This document shows, piece by piece, positions 1 through 10,165 of a stretch of 64,000 nt of DNA. The notes under the pieces are model-generated. The model saw nothing but the letters and a program-made list of their open reading frames with translations, did not search any database and had not been told where the DNA came from. The first letter of the stretch is position 1. Every line of letters starts with the position of its first letter. Location of the stretch: the NCBI GenBank assembly GCA_965226885.1, contig CBDDEL010000010.1, forward strand, positions 352,001-416,000, read 5' to 3'. The position numbers were made by a program, and so were the translations under genes. Source of the stretch: Opitutales bacterium (GTDB lineage: Bacteria; Verrucomicrobiota; Verrucomicrobiia; Opitutales; UBA2987).

Positions 1-847
1 TATGGCATCGTTCAATACCTCTACCACATCGGCACTTTTCAGTGAGCGCGCAACCTTAATGGCCAGGCATTGACGGGTATGTTCATCGATCAGTGTCAAG
101 AGCCTGAGCGGACCGCCCCGGTCGGTGCGATCCGCCACGAAGTCCCAACTCCACACATGGTTGGGCTGCACTGCTCGGGTCGGGGTAGCCGTGGATTGGC
201 CCTGCCGGCGACGGCGCTTGCCAGACGGGCGCACACCCAGTCCTTCGAAACGACGCACTTTTTGGACGAATTTGCGACTCACGGGCCAACCTTCATGGGC
301 CAACAAAGCGCGGATCCGACGATAGCCATAGCGCGGATGCTTCTTCGAAAAGGCAATGATGCGTGCCACCAGTTTATGCCTATACTCAGTAGCTTTCTTG
401 GGTTCATACAGGTAGGTTGAGCGGTGCAACCCAAAATACTGACAGGCCCGACGCAGCGAGCACGACCCTTGGGCCAATACATGCTTCACCGCTTCCTTTT
501 TCTGCTTCGGGCCTACCATTTTTTTGCGTTCACCTCCTTGAGCACACGGTTCTCCAGCATCTGCTCGGCTACTATCTTCTTAAGCTGCGTGTTTTCGCGC
601 TCCAGCTCCTTCAGCCGCTTGGCGCCACGCAGCTCCATGCGGCCATACTTTTTACGCCAACGATGGTAGCTTTGAGGACTGATATTGTGGGACCGACAGA
701 CATCCTGAATGCCTTTGCCTGCGTCTACTTCGCGCAGTATCGTTATGATTTGTTCAGGGGTGTATCTTTTTTGCTTCATAGGTCTTTCCGGTAATTTCTC
801 CAGAAAGACTCTCACTGGCAATGGTAGTGTTTTCGGCGGTCACATCA
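1..847 (-). mobile_element. IS3-family element A, copy 1 (partial, runs off window start); orfA 513-779, orfB <1-519
   Basis: Near-identical reverse complement of the full copy at 22478-23770; terminal IR TGATGTGACCGCCGAAAACACTACC ends at 847; inserted inside IS3 element B. Confidence 0.95.
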
Positions 848-1373
848 CGGCCCTTGGCCTCTTTGTGTACCTTCAGGATCGCCCCCTTGATTCCCTCGTC
901 CTCGATCCGCCGGGCCGAGGGCGCTCGGTGCCTCCAGCAGTAATAGCCACTGCGACAAATCCCCATCGCCGAGCATATTTCCTCGATCTTGAAGCGCCCC
1001 TCGTTGTCTTTGACAAACTGGTACTTCATTGTTCGTCCTTGGCAAAGTAGCCCACCGTTTTTTTTAGTATCTGGTTGATCCGCTCCGAGCGGCGCAGCTC
1101 TTTGCGAAGACGATCTATCTCGGCCGCCATCTCCTTCGGACTGCTCTGTCGCTTTGAGGTGGCTTCGCCCTGCTGATCGTCCAGATAGAGCCTCTTCCAC
1201 CTATACAATTGGTTGGTGTTGACCCCAAGTTTGGTCGATACCTCGGTGGCGCTCAGACCATCGAGTATCATCAGTTGAACTGCCTCATTTTTGAACTCTA
1301 TACTGCGTCTTCTTCCCATGCTTCGATTCTCCATTTAGGAGAATCTCGTGTCCACTTTTTCCAGTGCACATCA
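848..1373 (-). mobile_element. IS3-family element B, copy 1, interrupted by IS3-A (orfA 1026-1334, 5' part of orfB)
   Basis: Matches 24659-25187 apart from a 3-bp deletion in orfA; IR TGATGTGCACTGGAAAAAGTGGACACG ends at 1373. Confidence 0.95.
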
Positions 1374-1710
1374 GAACATGAAATATGTACTGGGGCTGAG
1401 AAAGACGCACAGTCTTAGCGTTTGTATCTAGCTCGAAGCTGCCAATGCATACATCCCCCTCATAGAGGCTAAAGTTGCCTTGCCCGTTGGGGGCTTCTTC
1501 TGACACGAGGAGATCTGGAATTCTGGATTGATCCACACTAGAAATGGCCGATCGATCTAGCAACCGTAGTGCGCGCGCTATGAAGGATTTTCCCATGCCG
1601 TTTCTGGCGAAAATGAGGTTCTGCTTCCGATCTGACAAGCTTTGGCACAACTTCATTATCGGGCCAATGTGCTGTACTTTGATCGAAAGGCGAGTTTTCG
1701 GTATAGCGTT
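1374..1710 (-). pseudogene. N-terminal fragment of an ABC/SMC-like (AAA_13-type) ATPase, cut by IS21 and IS3-B
   Basis: Frame reads ...LSIKVQHIGPIMKLCQSLSDRKQNLIFARNGMGKSFIARAL, i.e. the IxNIGPI-like strand followed by Walker A NGxGKS; both ends abut IS termini. Confidence 0.7.
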
Positions 1711-1883
1711 TGTAAACGCCGGGATGAAACCGGTACGGGGGTCGGGGTAAAACCGGTACGCTTGGAATAAGGTTTAGGTTAGTAATTGCAGGTACGTCAA
1801 GGTTTAGGGTTTGGGAGTTGGTTTTGGGGATTGGCTTGGGGTCGGTGAGGAGGCCGGAGGCCGACGAGCCGGGCCCAAGGCGT

Positions 1884-2651
1884 TTATTGTTTTGTGCCAC
1901 GGCGACGGCGTCGAGCATCGCGCAAGCGGTAGCTTTGCCCGTTGGCTTCGAGGATATGCACCCGATGGGTGAGTCGGTCCAGCAGAGCTCCGGTGAGCCG
2001 TTCGGAACCGAGCACTTCGATCCAGTTCTCAAAGGGCAGGTTGGTGGTGACGATGAGACTGGTGCGCTCGTAAGCGCGGCTGACCACGTCGAAGAGCAGT
2101 TCGGAACCGGTCTTGGAAAAAGGGACGTAACCGAGTTCGTCGAGGATGAGTAGGTCGAGCCTTTCGAGTTGCTTCATGAAGCGCTGCAGGTCGTGGTTGT
2201 CGCGTTGCTCGAGCATATGGGTAACCAGGGCGGTGACCCCGAAGAAACGGATCCGCCGGCCCTGGGCACAGGCGGCAAAGCCCAGGGCGGTGGCCAGGTG
2301 CGTTTTACCGGTACCGGCGTTACCGAGGAGCAGCACGTTTTCGCGCTGGTCGACATACTCCCCGCGCATGAGCTCTCGGATGAGCGCTTCGTTGATCGAG
2401 GGCTGCGCTTCAAAGGCGAAGCTCTCGAGGGTCTTGAGCACGGGGAAACGGGCGTTTTTGATCCGCCGCTGGGCGGCCCGCTGTTCGCGTTCAATGAGCT
2501 CCCGTTCGACCAGATGCAACAAAAAGGCGGCGTAATCGAGCCGGTCCCGGGAACAAGCCGCGGCCACCGCCGGCCATTCGCGCAGGATGGTGGGCAACTT
2601 CAGTTTCTTGAGGTGATGGTGTAACAGCAGCTGGTTTTTTTCTTCCTTCAT
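1884..2651 (-). CDS. istB: IS21 helper ATPase IstB
   Basis: GNAGTGKT Walker A, LLILDELGY Walker B, ALLDRLTH motif. Confidence 0.97.
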   Translation of the reverse strand: MKEEKNQLLLHHHLKKLKLPTILREWPAVAAACSRDRLDYAAFLLHLVERELIEREQRAAQRRIKNARFPVLKTLESFAFEAQPSINEALIRELMRGEYVDQRENVLLLGNAGTGKTHLATALGFAACAQGRRIRFFGVTALVTHMLEQRDNHDLQRFMKQLERLDLLILDELGYVPFSKTGSELLFDVVSRAYERTSLIVTTNLPFENWIEVLGSERLTGALLDRLTHRVHILEANGQSYRLRDARRRRRGTKQ

Positions 2652-4155
2652 AAAGCCCCTCCTGGAATCTTGAGCAGTTCGCTGTAGGCACCGAGGTCAG
2701 GGGCGGCCACACGGACGTGACGCAGGTGTGGATGGCCGTCCCCAGCCGGAAGGTTCTGCTCCCGTAGTCTTCCTGAGGATAGAGATACTGGGCGATGGCC
2801 TCACGAGTCAGTCCCCCCACCCGCAGGGCCGAGACGACGGCCTGCTGCAAGGCCGCCATGGGGTGTTTCTCCAACAGCCGCAGCACCCGGATATACTCCC
2901 GGGTGCCTTCGCCCCCGCATTGGCTTTCGAGCCGGCGTCTGAGGACCTGCAGGCACTGCGGCAACTGCCAGCCCGAGAGTGGGCGGGCGAAGTCCAAAGC
3001 GCCCGGTTTTTTCTCCAGCAAAGCCAGGTAGTGCACCGGCTCGAAAGAGACTTGCTCTTTATCCCAAATGCGGCGGTGCCGGGCCACCTCTTGGCCCCCA
3101 CAGAAGATCACCACCTGCCGACAGGACCCTTCCACCACCACCGGATGGTGGGCGCAGCGCACCGGCACCGAATAGTCGTTGCACTCGAAGCGCACCAGCG
3201 AGAGGCTGCTGACGCAGGTCGAGCGTTTGCGGCTCGCTTCAAAGGGTATGGGCGGCAACGCCAGCATGACGGCGCGCTCCTCGGCCAGCAGTTCCTTTTT
3301 CACCGCCCTTTTCCCGCGTAATTTACGCTCCATGTCCCGCTCACATGCCTCCAACAGCTTTGCGTTGAGTTCCTCCAGGTCCCGAACCTGCGGTACCGGT
3401 ACCAGGAAGTTGGCCCGGGCATAACGCACGATCCCCTCGACCACGCCCTTCTCGTTGGGCCGGGCGGGCAGACAGAAGTGTTCCTCGAACAGGTAATGGC
3501 TCTGTAGCTGCAGAGACCCGTCGGTCAGCTTGCGTTCACGCGAACCGATAATCTTACCCACCGCCACCTTCGAGTTGTCATAGCTGATGCGCCGGGGCAC
3601 CGCCCCGAAAAACTCAAAAGCTCGCAGGTGCCCCTCCCAGAAGCTCTCCGTGCACTCCCGTTCGAACACCTGCACGAAAAAGGCATCGCTGTAGGGCAGG
3701 CTCATGGCAAAAAATGGCCGCCTACGCAATTGCCCCGCCTCCTTCACCAGGGCATGACCGAAGTCCACCTGTCCCTCCCCGGGGCGGTGCTCCAGCGGCA
3801 CGAACACTTCCCGCCGCCTCGCTCGCAGCTCGGCCACCACCTCCTTGACCGCCGTGTAGCCCCCTTGGTAGCCCTTCTCCCGACCCAAACGCTGGTAGAT
3901 CCGTTTGGCCGTATGGCGCTGCTTCTTGGGCACGTTCCGGTCCGCTTTGAGCACCTCCTCGATCCAGCCCACATACGGATCGATCTTGCGCTCTCGCCTC
4001 TTCTTGCGCCGGTATCCCGGCGGCTGGGAATAGGCCAGCATCTTTCCCAGGGTCTCCCAGTGCAGTCCCTCTTCTCGCATTACAGAGCGCTTGCTCTGCT
4101 TGTCCCGCAGCACTTTGTGCCGCACTCTTGTCCATTGCTTCATATCTCGATACAC
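2491..4155 (-). CDS. istA: IS21 transposase IstA (C-terminus altered by a +2 frameshift near 2741)
   Basis: PGEGQVDFG, SYDN and EKGVVE DDE motifs; 554 aa versus 501 aa in copy 2. Confidence 0.95.
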   Translation of the reverse strand: MYRDMKQWTRVRHKVLRDKQSKRSVMREEGLHWETLGKMLAYSQPPGYRRKKRRERKIDPYVGWIEEVLKADRNVPKKQRHTAKRIYQRLGREKGYQGGYTAVKEVVAELRARRREVFVPLEHRPGEGQVDFGHALVKEAGQLRRRPFFAMSLPYSDAFFVQVFERECTESFWEGHLRAFEFFGAVPRRISYDNSKVAVGKIIGSRERKLTDGSLQLQSHYLFEEHFCLPARPNEKGVVEGIVRYARANFLVPVPQVRDLEELNAKLLEACERDMERKLRGKRAVKKELLAEERAVMLALPPIPFEASRKRSTCVSSLSLVRFECNDYSVPVRCAHHPVVVEGSCRQVVIFCGGQEVARHRRIWDKEQVSFEPVHYLALLEKKPGALDFARPLSGWQLPQCLQVLRRRLESQCGGEGTREYIRVLRLLEKHPMAALQQAVVSALRVGGLTREAIAQYLYPQEDYGSRTFRLGTAIHTCVTSVWPPLTSVPTANCSRFQEGLYEGRKKPAAVTPSPQETEVAHHPARMAGGGRGLFPGPARLRRLFVASGRTGAH

Positions 4156-4229
4156 TCCTCCTTTCTAGGATAAGCGTACCGGTTTTAAAGCGCCCTCTTT
4201 ACCGTACCGGTTTTTCCCCGGCGTTTACA

Positions 4230-4616
4230 GATCGATGAGGGGCTTATTTCACGTGGAATAATAAAAATACCAAATTCTTCGTTTGTAGTCAGTAATTTAA
4301 GGTTCCAATGCACTTTCTTGAATTTGGATATATAGATTCCAGCGGCCTTACCTTTCCATTCGGGATGATCTCTCATTTCATAAAAATGAGTTCCCATGCG
4401 AGAGACATGATTTTTCCCCCACTGCCTATTATCTTCTGTAACCCAGATAATAGAAAAATTTACCCCTGCAAGCGGTATTTCAAGTTCGATTACTCTATCC
4501 TCAATACGGATATTATTGTCCAGCAGATAAATCGGTGATTCAGCTATTAATGGGCATAAAAACAGCATTCCGTTTATAATGAGAAACCATACCGAAAGTT
4601 TAAATTTGTTTTGCAT
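4230..4616 (-). pseudogene. Exported hypothetical protein, 3'-truncated by IS21
   Basis: Hydrophobic N-terminus; the ORF runs directly into the IS21 IR. Confidence 0.55.
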
Positions 4617-4761
4617 TGCTCAGGTGTCTGTAATCACATTGCCTAGCCTAAGGATATGGATTAATATGACTCAACGCATTCTATGAGAACTTAAAAAAAT
4701 ATTTTGCATCGTCACTTACGTGATCTTTCATTTGCATTATCTCATTTTATATGAATTCGGT

Positions 4762-5469
4762 TTATGCTTTCATATTGTATTTAAAAATGGCCCAGAAAGC
4801 TTTAATGCCGTCTTTCCAGGTGATTTTTTTGCCTTCCTGGTAGGTGCGGCCATGGTAGGATATGCCTACTTCGTATATCCGGCAGCCCATTTTGGCGACT
4901 TTGGCGGTTATTTCGGGTTCGAAACCGAATCGGTTTTCTTCGATTTTGATGGATTGCAGAATTTCGCGGCGAAACATTTTCATTCCGGTTTCCATATCGG
5001 TCAGGTTGAGATTTGAAAATATATTCGATACTAACGTGAGCAGCCTGTTGGCGACCATGTGCCAGAAAAATAAAACACGGTGGGCGCTGCCTCCCATAAA
5101 GCGGGAGCCAAAGCGGGAGCCGAAAACAACGTCCGCCTGATCATCGTAAAACGGTTGCAGCAACTTGGGATAATCCTGCGGGCTGTATTCGAGATCAGCA
5201 TCCTGGATGACCACCAAGTCCCCCGTTAGATGCGCAATGCCGGTTCGTATGGCGGCGCCTTTGCCTTGGTTGCTTTCATGAAAAAAGACGCGATACAAAG
5301 TGCTCTGAGATCTTTCCTTTTCCTTCAAAATTTCCCTGGTGCCGTCAGATGAGGCATCATCGACGACAATAATTTCTTGCAGGTTTGCCTGGGCCGCCTC
5401 GACTTTTCCCAGGAGTTCCCGTATCGTTTTTTCTTCGTTGTAACAGGGGATAATAACGGAAAGTTTCAT
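4762..5469 (-). CDS. Glycosyltransferase family 2 (DPM1-like)
   Basis: LSVIIPCYNE, VDDASSDGT, NQGKGAA, QDADLEY, GSRF, FGFEPE motifs. Confidence 0.95.
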   Translation of the reverse strand: MKLSVIIPCYNEEKTIRELLGKVEAAQANLQEIIVVDDASSDGTREILKEKERSQSTLYRVFFHESNQGKGAAIRTGIAHLTGDLVVIQDADLEYSPQDYPKLLQPFYDDQADVVFGSRFGSRFMGGSAHRVLFFWHMVANRLLTLVSNIFSNLNLTDMETGMKMFRREILQSIKIEENRFGFEPEITAKVAKMGCRIYEVGISYHGRTYQEGKKITWKDGIKAFWAIFKYNMKA

Positions 5470-5588
5470 TATCATATGGTTATATAAAGAAAAACCGCCT
5501 AATACATATAATGGCAAGGGTCAAGACTACTTGGATTGCCTTAACCCTGTAAAAGATTGTTTAAATCTATTTTCGCTTATGCCTGCGC

Positions 5589-6761
5589 TTACTCCTTTAG
5601 GCGATTTGATACGAGTTTTTCCAAAAGGGTTTCAATTTCCCATTTGTGAGTCAGTTTATCAATCCACTTTTGCGGAATTCCATTTTCCCCTCCAATACCA
5701 TGAACTACTCCCAAGACAGAACCCAAGAGAATGGCACGGCCGCAGGAATCTCCGCCTGCGTAGATGTTTTCCCGGACCGACTCGGCGAATGAATTCGATG
5801 TGGCAAGGTTGTGGGCCGCACTTGGAACGCCGAATACCAGGTTGCAGCTCATCCCAAATTCCGCCGTCACAGCCGGGTTGTCCTTATCTTTTAAAGAAAG
5901 CGCTTTGTCGATTAATCGTGCGACTTTAGATTCCGCCGTTAGTCGGCTGGCTTCAATGGCGGCATCCGTATTGGGGGAATGAATTGCGGATTCAATCATT
6001 TTCGCAACCGTCTGACCGAATGAAACCGCTAATTCGTTATTGTTGGTTACTCTGACGGCTGATGCAACCACTTCGCGAAGGGATTTCTCTCCTGCATAAA
6101 CAGCCACCAAAGGGGGCAATTTGGAAATAGCGGGCATTTGCTCGTCATCGGCCCCATGGAACCCCCCGACGCTCTCCAATTCAGCGAGAATTTTGAAAGC
6201 ATAAGCGACTATGCGATCATCGTCATGAGTCATCCTAACGGCTGCTTCGATGTATTTACGAAGTTCCTCACCTTTTGAATGTTTTACATTGGAAAGGACC
6301 TTAGTGATCATGCGGTGCTTGGTGTTTACGTCACCATCGAAAGGTATGGCTTCGGCTCGCTTTAGGGCTTGATGTTCGGCGGCGGCAATGTTGTCCAAGG
6401 TATCTCGAATGGGATGGTCGATATAACCCACATAATCGCCGCCATAGCCAAAATGCTCTCGGAACAGGTCTTCATAATGCGTTTTATCGTAACGTCCGTT
6501 ATTGGCGGCCAGCGAACGCAGCAAAACCATGGCCTGTTCTCCATAATGGGAAAAATCTCCCGCTTGTTTCCTGCCATGGGCATAATATCCTGTCACGCCT
6601 TCGTAATTCGCGGGATTGGGAGAGCGGAATTCCGGTGACTCGGGGGCGACTTCGCGGATGCGTTTTTGATCATACAGCCAATGCAATCCCAACGAAGCCG
6701 CATCTGCCACCAGTGCGCCCCAAACTGCGCCTTTCATTCGTTTTTCAATTTCATTTTTCAT
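5589..6761 (-). CDS. ADP-ribosylglycohydrolase family protein
   Basis: GALVADAASLG N-terminal motif; GGDSCGRA and GIPQKW C-terminal motifs. Confidence 0.9.
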   Translation of the reverse strand: MKNEIEKRMKGAVWGALVADAASLGLHWLYDQKRIREVAPESPEFRSPNPANYEGVTGYYAHGRKQAGDFSHYGEQAMVLLRSLAANNGRYDKTHYEDLFREHFGYGGDYVGYIDHPIRDTLDNIAAAEHQALKRAEAIPFDGDVNTKHRMITKVLSNVKHSKGEELRKYIEAAVRMTHDDDRIVAYAFKILAELESVGGFHGADDEQMPAISKLPPLVAVYAGEKSLREVVASAVRVTNNNELAVSFGQTVAKMIESAIHSPNTDAAIEASRLTAESKVARLIDKALSLKDKDNPAVTAEFGMSCNLVFGVPSAAHNLATSNSFAESVRENIYAGGDSCGRAILLGSVLGVVHGIGGENGIPQKWIDKLTHKWEIETLLEKLVSNRLKE

Positions 6762-6962
6762 GCCAGTAAATTTTACTTTATTATAAATTAAATTATTAAA
6801 ACAATCGCTTGTTTTGATGAATAAGACGCTTGCCAACGGCAATCCTTACAACAAGATCGAGCAAGGAATTTATCAGCAAGAACAACCACTAATTTGGAGG
6901 TTGCAGGAAATAGTTCCGGCCATTTTAAACAACCGGCCGGTTGAGGCGAGGAAGGGAAATTA

Positions 6963-7758
6963 GGTAGTGTTAACATTTTGAATGTTTAAGCTGTACTTTT
7001 TAGCGTGATTATGTTGTGAACTGGGAATGGTCCATATCACAGTAAAATGTCCTCAATGCGGAAGCGATCACATCATCAAGCACGGCAAGGATCCGAAAGG
7101 GGTTCAGAAGTATCGATGCAAGGGGTGTGGTTATCAGTTTCGGCTTCACCCCAAAAGTCGTGAGCATCCTCCGGCGCTGGTCAAGCAGGTGCTCCGTGCG
7201 CACCAAAACCGGATGAGCCTGCGTGCCATTTACCGTACCTTCGGGGTAGCCCCAAAGACGGTCATCGAATGGATTAAAAAAAAGTCCTGAGTTTGCCGAA
7301 GCTGGAGTCCACTCTGCTTGCCCGCCAGTGTAGTGATGTGCTGGAACTGGACGAGGTGTGGTCATTCTGGGGCGATAAGCGTTCGGGGCAGGTATGGCTA
7401 TGGGTAGCCTTGTGTCGACGTACCCGACAGGTCGTCGGGTTTTCTCTGGGTGATCGTAGCGATCAAACGTGCTGGCAGTTGTATCACAACATCGCCCAGC
7501 CCTATCGCGACTGTGCCACCGTAAGCGATTACTGGGAAAGCTACGACAAGGTTTTCCCTCACAACAGCGCCAGCGGGAAACAATCCGGCCAAACCGCCCA
7601 TATCGAACGCTGGAACAATACCTTGCGACAGTCCCTGTCACGCTATGTGCGTAAAACGCTGTCATTCTCGAAGTCTTTGGTCATGCATTTTCGCGTCCTG
7701 TGCTTGTTCATCTGGGAATACAACAGCAATATCAAACATTCGTCATGTTAACACTACC
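6963..7758 (+). mobile_element. IS1-family element A, copy 1 (insA 7027-7290, insB to 7751, programmed frameshift at an A-run)
   Basis: IRs GGTAGTGTTAACAT; 8-bp TSD GGAAATTA; InsA CPQC..CKGC zinc ribbon; InsB LDE/SD/IER catalytic motifs. Confidence 0.97.
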
Positions 7759-7763
7759 GGAAA

Positions 7764-8000
7764 TTAGAGCGAGCTGTGGGAGCCGTCGCAATAGGCGCCG
7801 TTGCCGCTGTGCTTGCAGCCGCAAAAGGCAATCCGGGTAGCTTCTTCTACTTGCACCTTTACCGGGCCTAATCCGGTTCCTGTATGGGAGCCGTCACAAA
7901 AAGGTTGGCCGGAGGATCTCCCGCAGGCGCACCACCAATAGGTTCCCGGTTCCACTTGCTGAACGTAAGGTCTTTTTTGGGCAATTTGCGGCTCCGCCAT
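7764..8000 (-). CDS. CDGSH iron-sulfur domain protein (two CDGSH motifs)
   Basis: WCACGRSSGQPFCDGSH and FCGCKHSGNGAYCDGSH; upstream AGGAG RBS. Confidence 0.95.
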   Translation of the reverse strand: MAEPQIAQKRPYVQQVEPGTYWWCACGRSSGQPFCDGSHTGTGLGPVKVQVEEATRIAFCGCKHSGNGAYCDGSHSSL

Positions 8001-8037
8001 ATCTTCTCCTTTTTTTTGGGTTTATTTATAGCCTTGT

Positions 8038-8103
8038 CCGGAATCGGGCAAAGCGTTCTAGTTTCTGCTTCCGGAATCGGGCAAAGCGTTCTAGTTTCTG
8101 CTT
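8038..8103. repeat. Perfect 33-bp tandem duplication in a divergent intergenic region
   Basis: CCGGAATCGGGCAAAGCGTTCTAGTTTCTGCTT x2. Confidence 0.95.
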
Positions 8104-8180
8104 TATGTTTCGAACATCTGGATGTAATGATGCTTATCAATTATCCATCTGCAGGCAAGAAAATTTCCGATTTCTTATCT

Positions 8181-10004
8181 ATGAGAATGACATTTTTAAA
8201 CTGGTTTGCCACCCGATTGATTCTGGTGGTGTTTTTTCTGCCCTCATCCGGTGCGGCTGAAGAATTGCCTGATGAGGCTGCCCGGCTCCATGAATTTTTC
8301 AAGACTTCGTTTGAAAAGCGCCTGGCGCGCGATCCTGAATTTCAAACGCGACTTGGAATTAAAACAGATTACGGTAAATGGACCGATATTTCGGACGCTT
8401 TTGCCACCCAAACGTTGGCCAATGCAGTTTCCGAACTGGCGTTCATGCGCAACGAGTTCGATTTTAAAAAACTGGATTCACAGGCGCGCCTCAGCTATCG
8501 GCTGTTCGAGCACCGGGCCGAACGCGAGATTCGCAATTACCAATGGCGTTTTCATGATTATCCCGTCAATCAAATGCACGGCTTGCAATCGGAAATTCCC
8601 GCTTTCCTCATAAATGCCCACAATATTTCGGATGAAAGCGATGCGGATGCTTACATTTCTCGTTTGAGAGGATTCGACTTGGTATTCGACCAACTTATCG
8701 AAAACCTGGAGATACGCAGAAAAATGGACATTGTCCCTCCCAGGTTTGTTTTCCCGTTGGTCCTGTCGGCCTGCCACAATTTGCTCAAAGGCCGGCCATT
8801 TGAAGAATCGGATAAAGATAGCAGCCTTTGGGAGGATTTTAAGGACAAATTAGAAGCCCTCAAAAATATCGATCCCACCCGTAAGGACGAGCTGCTGCAA
8901 CAGACCCGCGAGGCTTTGCGGGAAGCGGTCGGTCCGGCCTACCAACGTCTCATAGATTATATTATAAAACTGGCCACAGCGGCCACTGATGACGATGGAG
9001 TCTGGAAATTTCCGCAAGGTGAGGAATTTTACAACAATGCTTTGCGAAACACCACCACAACCGAACTGACCGCCGAGGAAATCCACCGAACGGGTTTGGC
9101 CGAGGTCGCCCGCATTCATGAGGAAATGCGCGAGATCATGAAGGCGGTCAAATTCGAGGAGGGGGAGGGGAACTTGCAGGAATTTTTCCATTTTATGCGG
9201 ACGGACCGTCGGTTCTATTACCCAGAAACCGAGGAGGGCAAGCAGGCCTACCTGAGTGGGGCATCAGCGGCCATCGACAGCATGAATGGGCGTCTGGGGG
9301 AAATGTTTTTGACTACACCAAAAGCCGAACTTGTAGTAAGGGCGGTTGAGGCTTTCCGCGAAAAATCAGCTGGCAAGGCCTTTTATCGAAGACCGGCCAT
9401 GGATGGCTCCCGCCCGGGCATCTATTATGCAAATCTACGAACAATGGCCGATATGCCGACCTACCAAATGGATGCCCTCGCTTTCCACGAAGGAGTTCCC
9501 GGACATCATTTGCAAATTGCCATTGCCCAGGAGGCGGAGGACATCCCGGATTTTCGCCGGCACACCCACTACACCGCATTTACTGAAGGCTGGGGGCTCT
9601 ACAGCGAATTACTTCCCCTTGAGTTCGGGTTTTACAAAGATCCCTATTCCAATTTTGGGCGCCTCGCCATGGAGATTTGGAGAGCGGCAAGACTGGTTGT
9701 AGACACCGGTATTCACGCAAAAAAATGGACCCGCCAACAAGCCATCGATTACTTGATCGAGAACACACCCAATCCCGAGGGCGACTGCGTTCATGCCATC
9801 AATCGTTATATCGTTATGCCATCGCAGGCTACCGCCTACAAAATCGGCATGATGAAAATTCTCGAACTGCGCGAATGGTCAAAAGAACAACTGGGCGATC
9901 AATTCAACATACGGGAGTTTCACGAACTGGTCCTCATCGGCGGTCCCATGCCTCTCAACCTGCTCCAAAAGCAAGTGCAAGAATGGGTCGATTCAAAAAA
10001 TTAA
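8181..10004 (+). CDS. DUF885 family exported protein (metallopeptidase-like)
   Basis: Signal peptide; HEGVPGHHLQ, EGWGLYSE, RLVVDTGIH, QATAYKIG motifs; start inferred. Confidence 0.93.
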   Translation: MRMTFLNWFATRLILVVFFLPSSGAAEELPDEAARLHEFFKTSFEKRLARDPEFQTRLGIKTDYGKWTDISDAFATQTLANAVSELAFMRNEFDFKKLDSQARLSYRLFEHRAEREIRNYQWRFHDYPVNQMHGLQSEIPAFLINAHNISDESDADAYISRLRGFDLVFDQLIENLEIRRKMDIVPPRFVFPLVLSACHNLLKGRPFEESDKDSSLWEDFKDKLEALKNIDPTRKDELLQQTREALREAVGPAYQRLIDYIIKLATAATDDDGVWKFPQGEEFYNNALRNTTTTELTAEEIHRTGLAEVARIHEEMREIMKAVKFEEGEGNLQEFFHFMRTDRRFYYPETEEGKQAYLSGASAAIDSMNGRLGEMFLTTPKAELVVRAVEAFREKSAGKAFYRRPAMDGSRPGIYYANLRTMADMPTYQMDALAFHEGVPGHHLQIAIAQEAEDIPDFRRHTHYTAFTEGWGLYSELLPLEFGFYKDPYSNFGRLAMEIWRAARLVVDTGIHAKKWTRQQAIDYLIENTPNPEGDCVHAINRYIVMPSQATAYKIGMMKILELREWSKEQLGDQFNIREFHELVLIGGPMPLNLLQKQVQEWVDSKN

Positions 10005-10031
10005 AATCAACCTGCGCTCAGCGGCTTATTA

Positions 10032-10159
10032 CACTTGTCAACTGTAGCTCTATTGGATTACCTTTTGTCATCGCTGATATTGCATTATATGTTTAATCTA
10101 TCCTGTTGCATATTAGCTGTTAAATATATCAGCGATCCTTCTTTTACGAATTTTCCAGG
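10032..10159 (-). mobile_element. Diverged relic of the IS1380-A left end
   Basis: Aligns with mismatches to 13547-13673 (CTTGTCAACTGTAGCT...CCTTTTGTCATCGCTGATATTGC...TTACGAA..TCC.GG); followed by CTAG. Confidence 0.85.
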
Positions 10160-10165
10160 CTAGCG

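Larger units (their letters stand above)
1711..4229 (-). mobile_element. IS21-family element, copy 1 (istA/istB)
   Basis: Terminal IRs TGTAAACGCCGGG with internal AACCGGTACG repeats; no matching target duplication. Confidence 0.97.

Noticed and set aside
1790..1860. Telomere-like / G-quadruplex-like tract (GGTTTAGGG...GGGG) in the IS21 end
   Set aside because: Irregular with long loops, part of every IS21 copy, and no evidence of function.
7884..8180. Long N-terminal extension of DUF885 (706-aa call)
   Set aside because: It overlaps the CDGSH gene and the intergenic duplication; the signal peptide begins near 8181.
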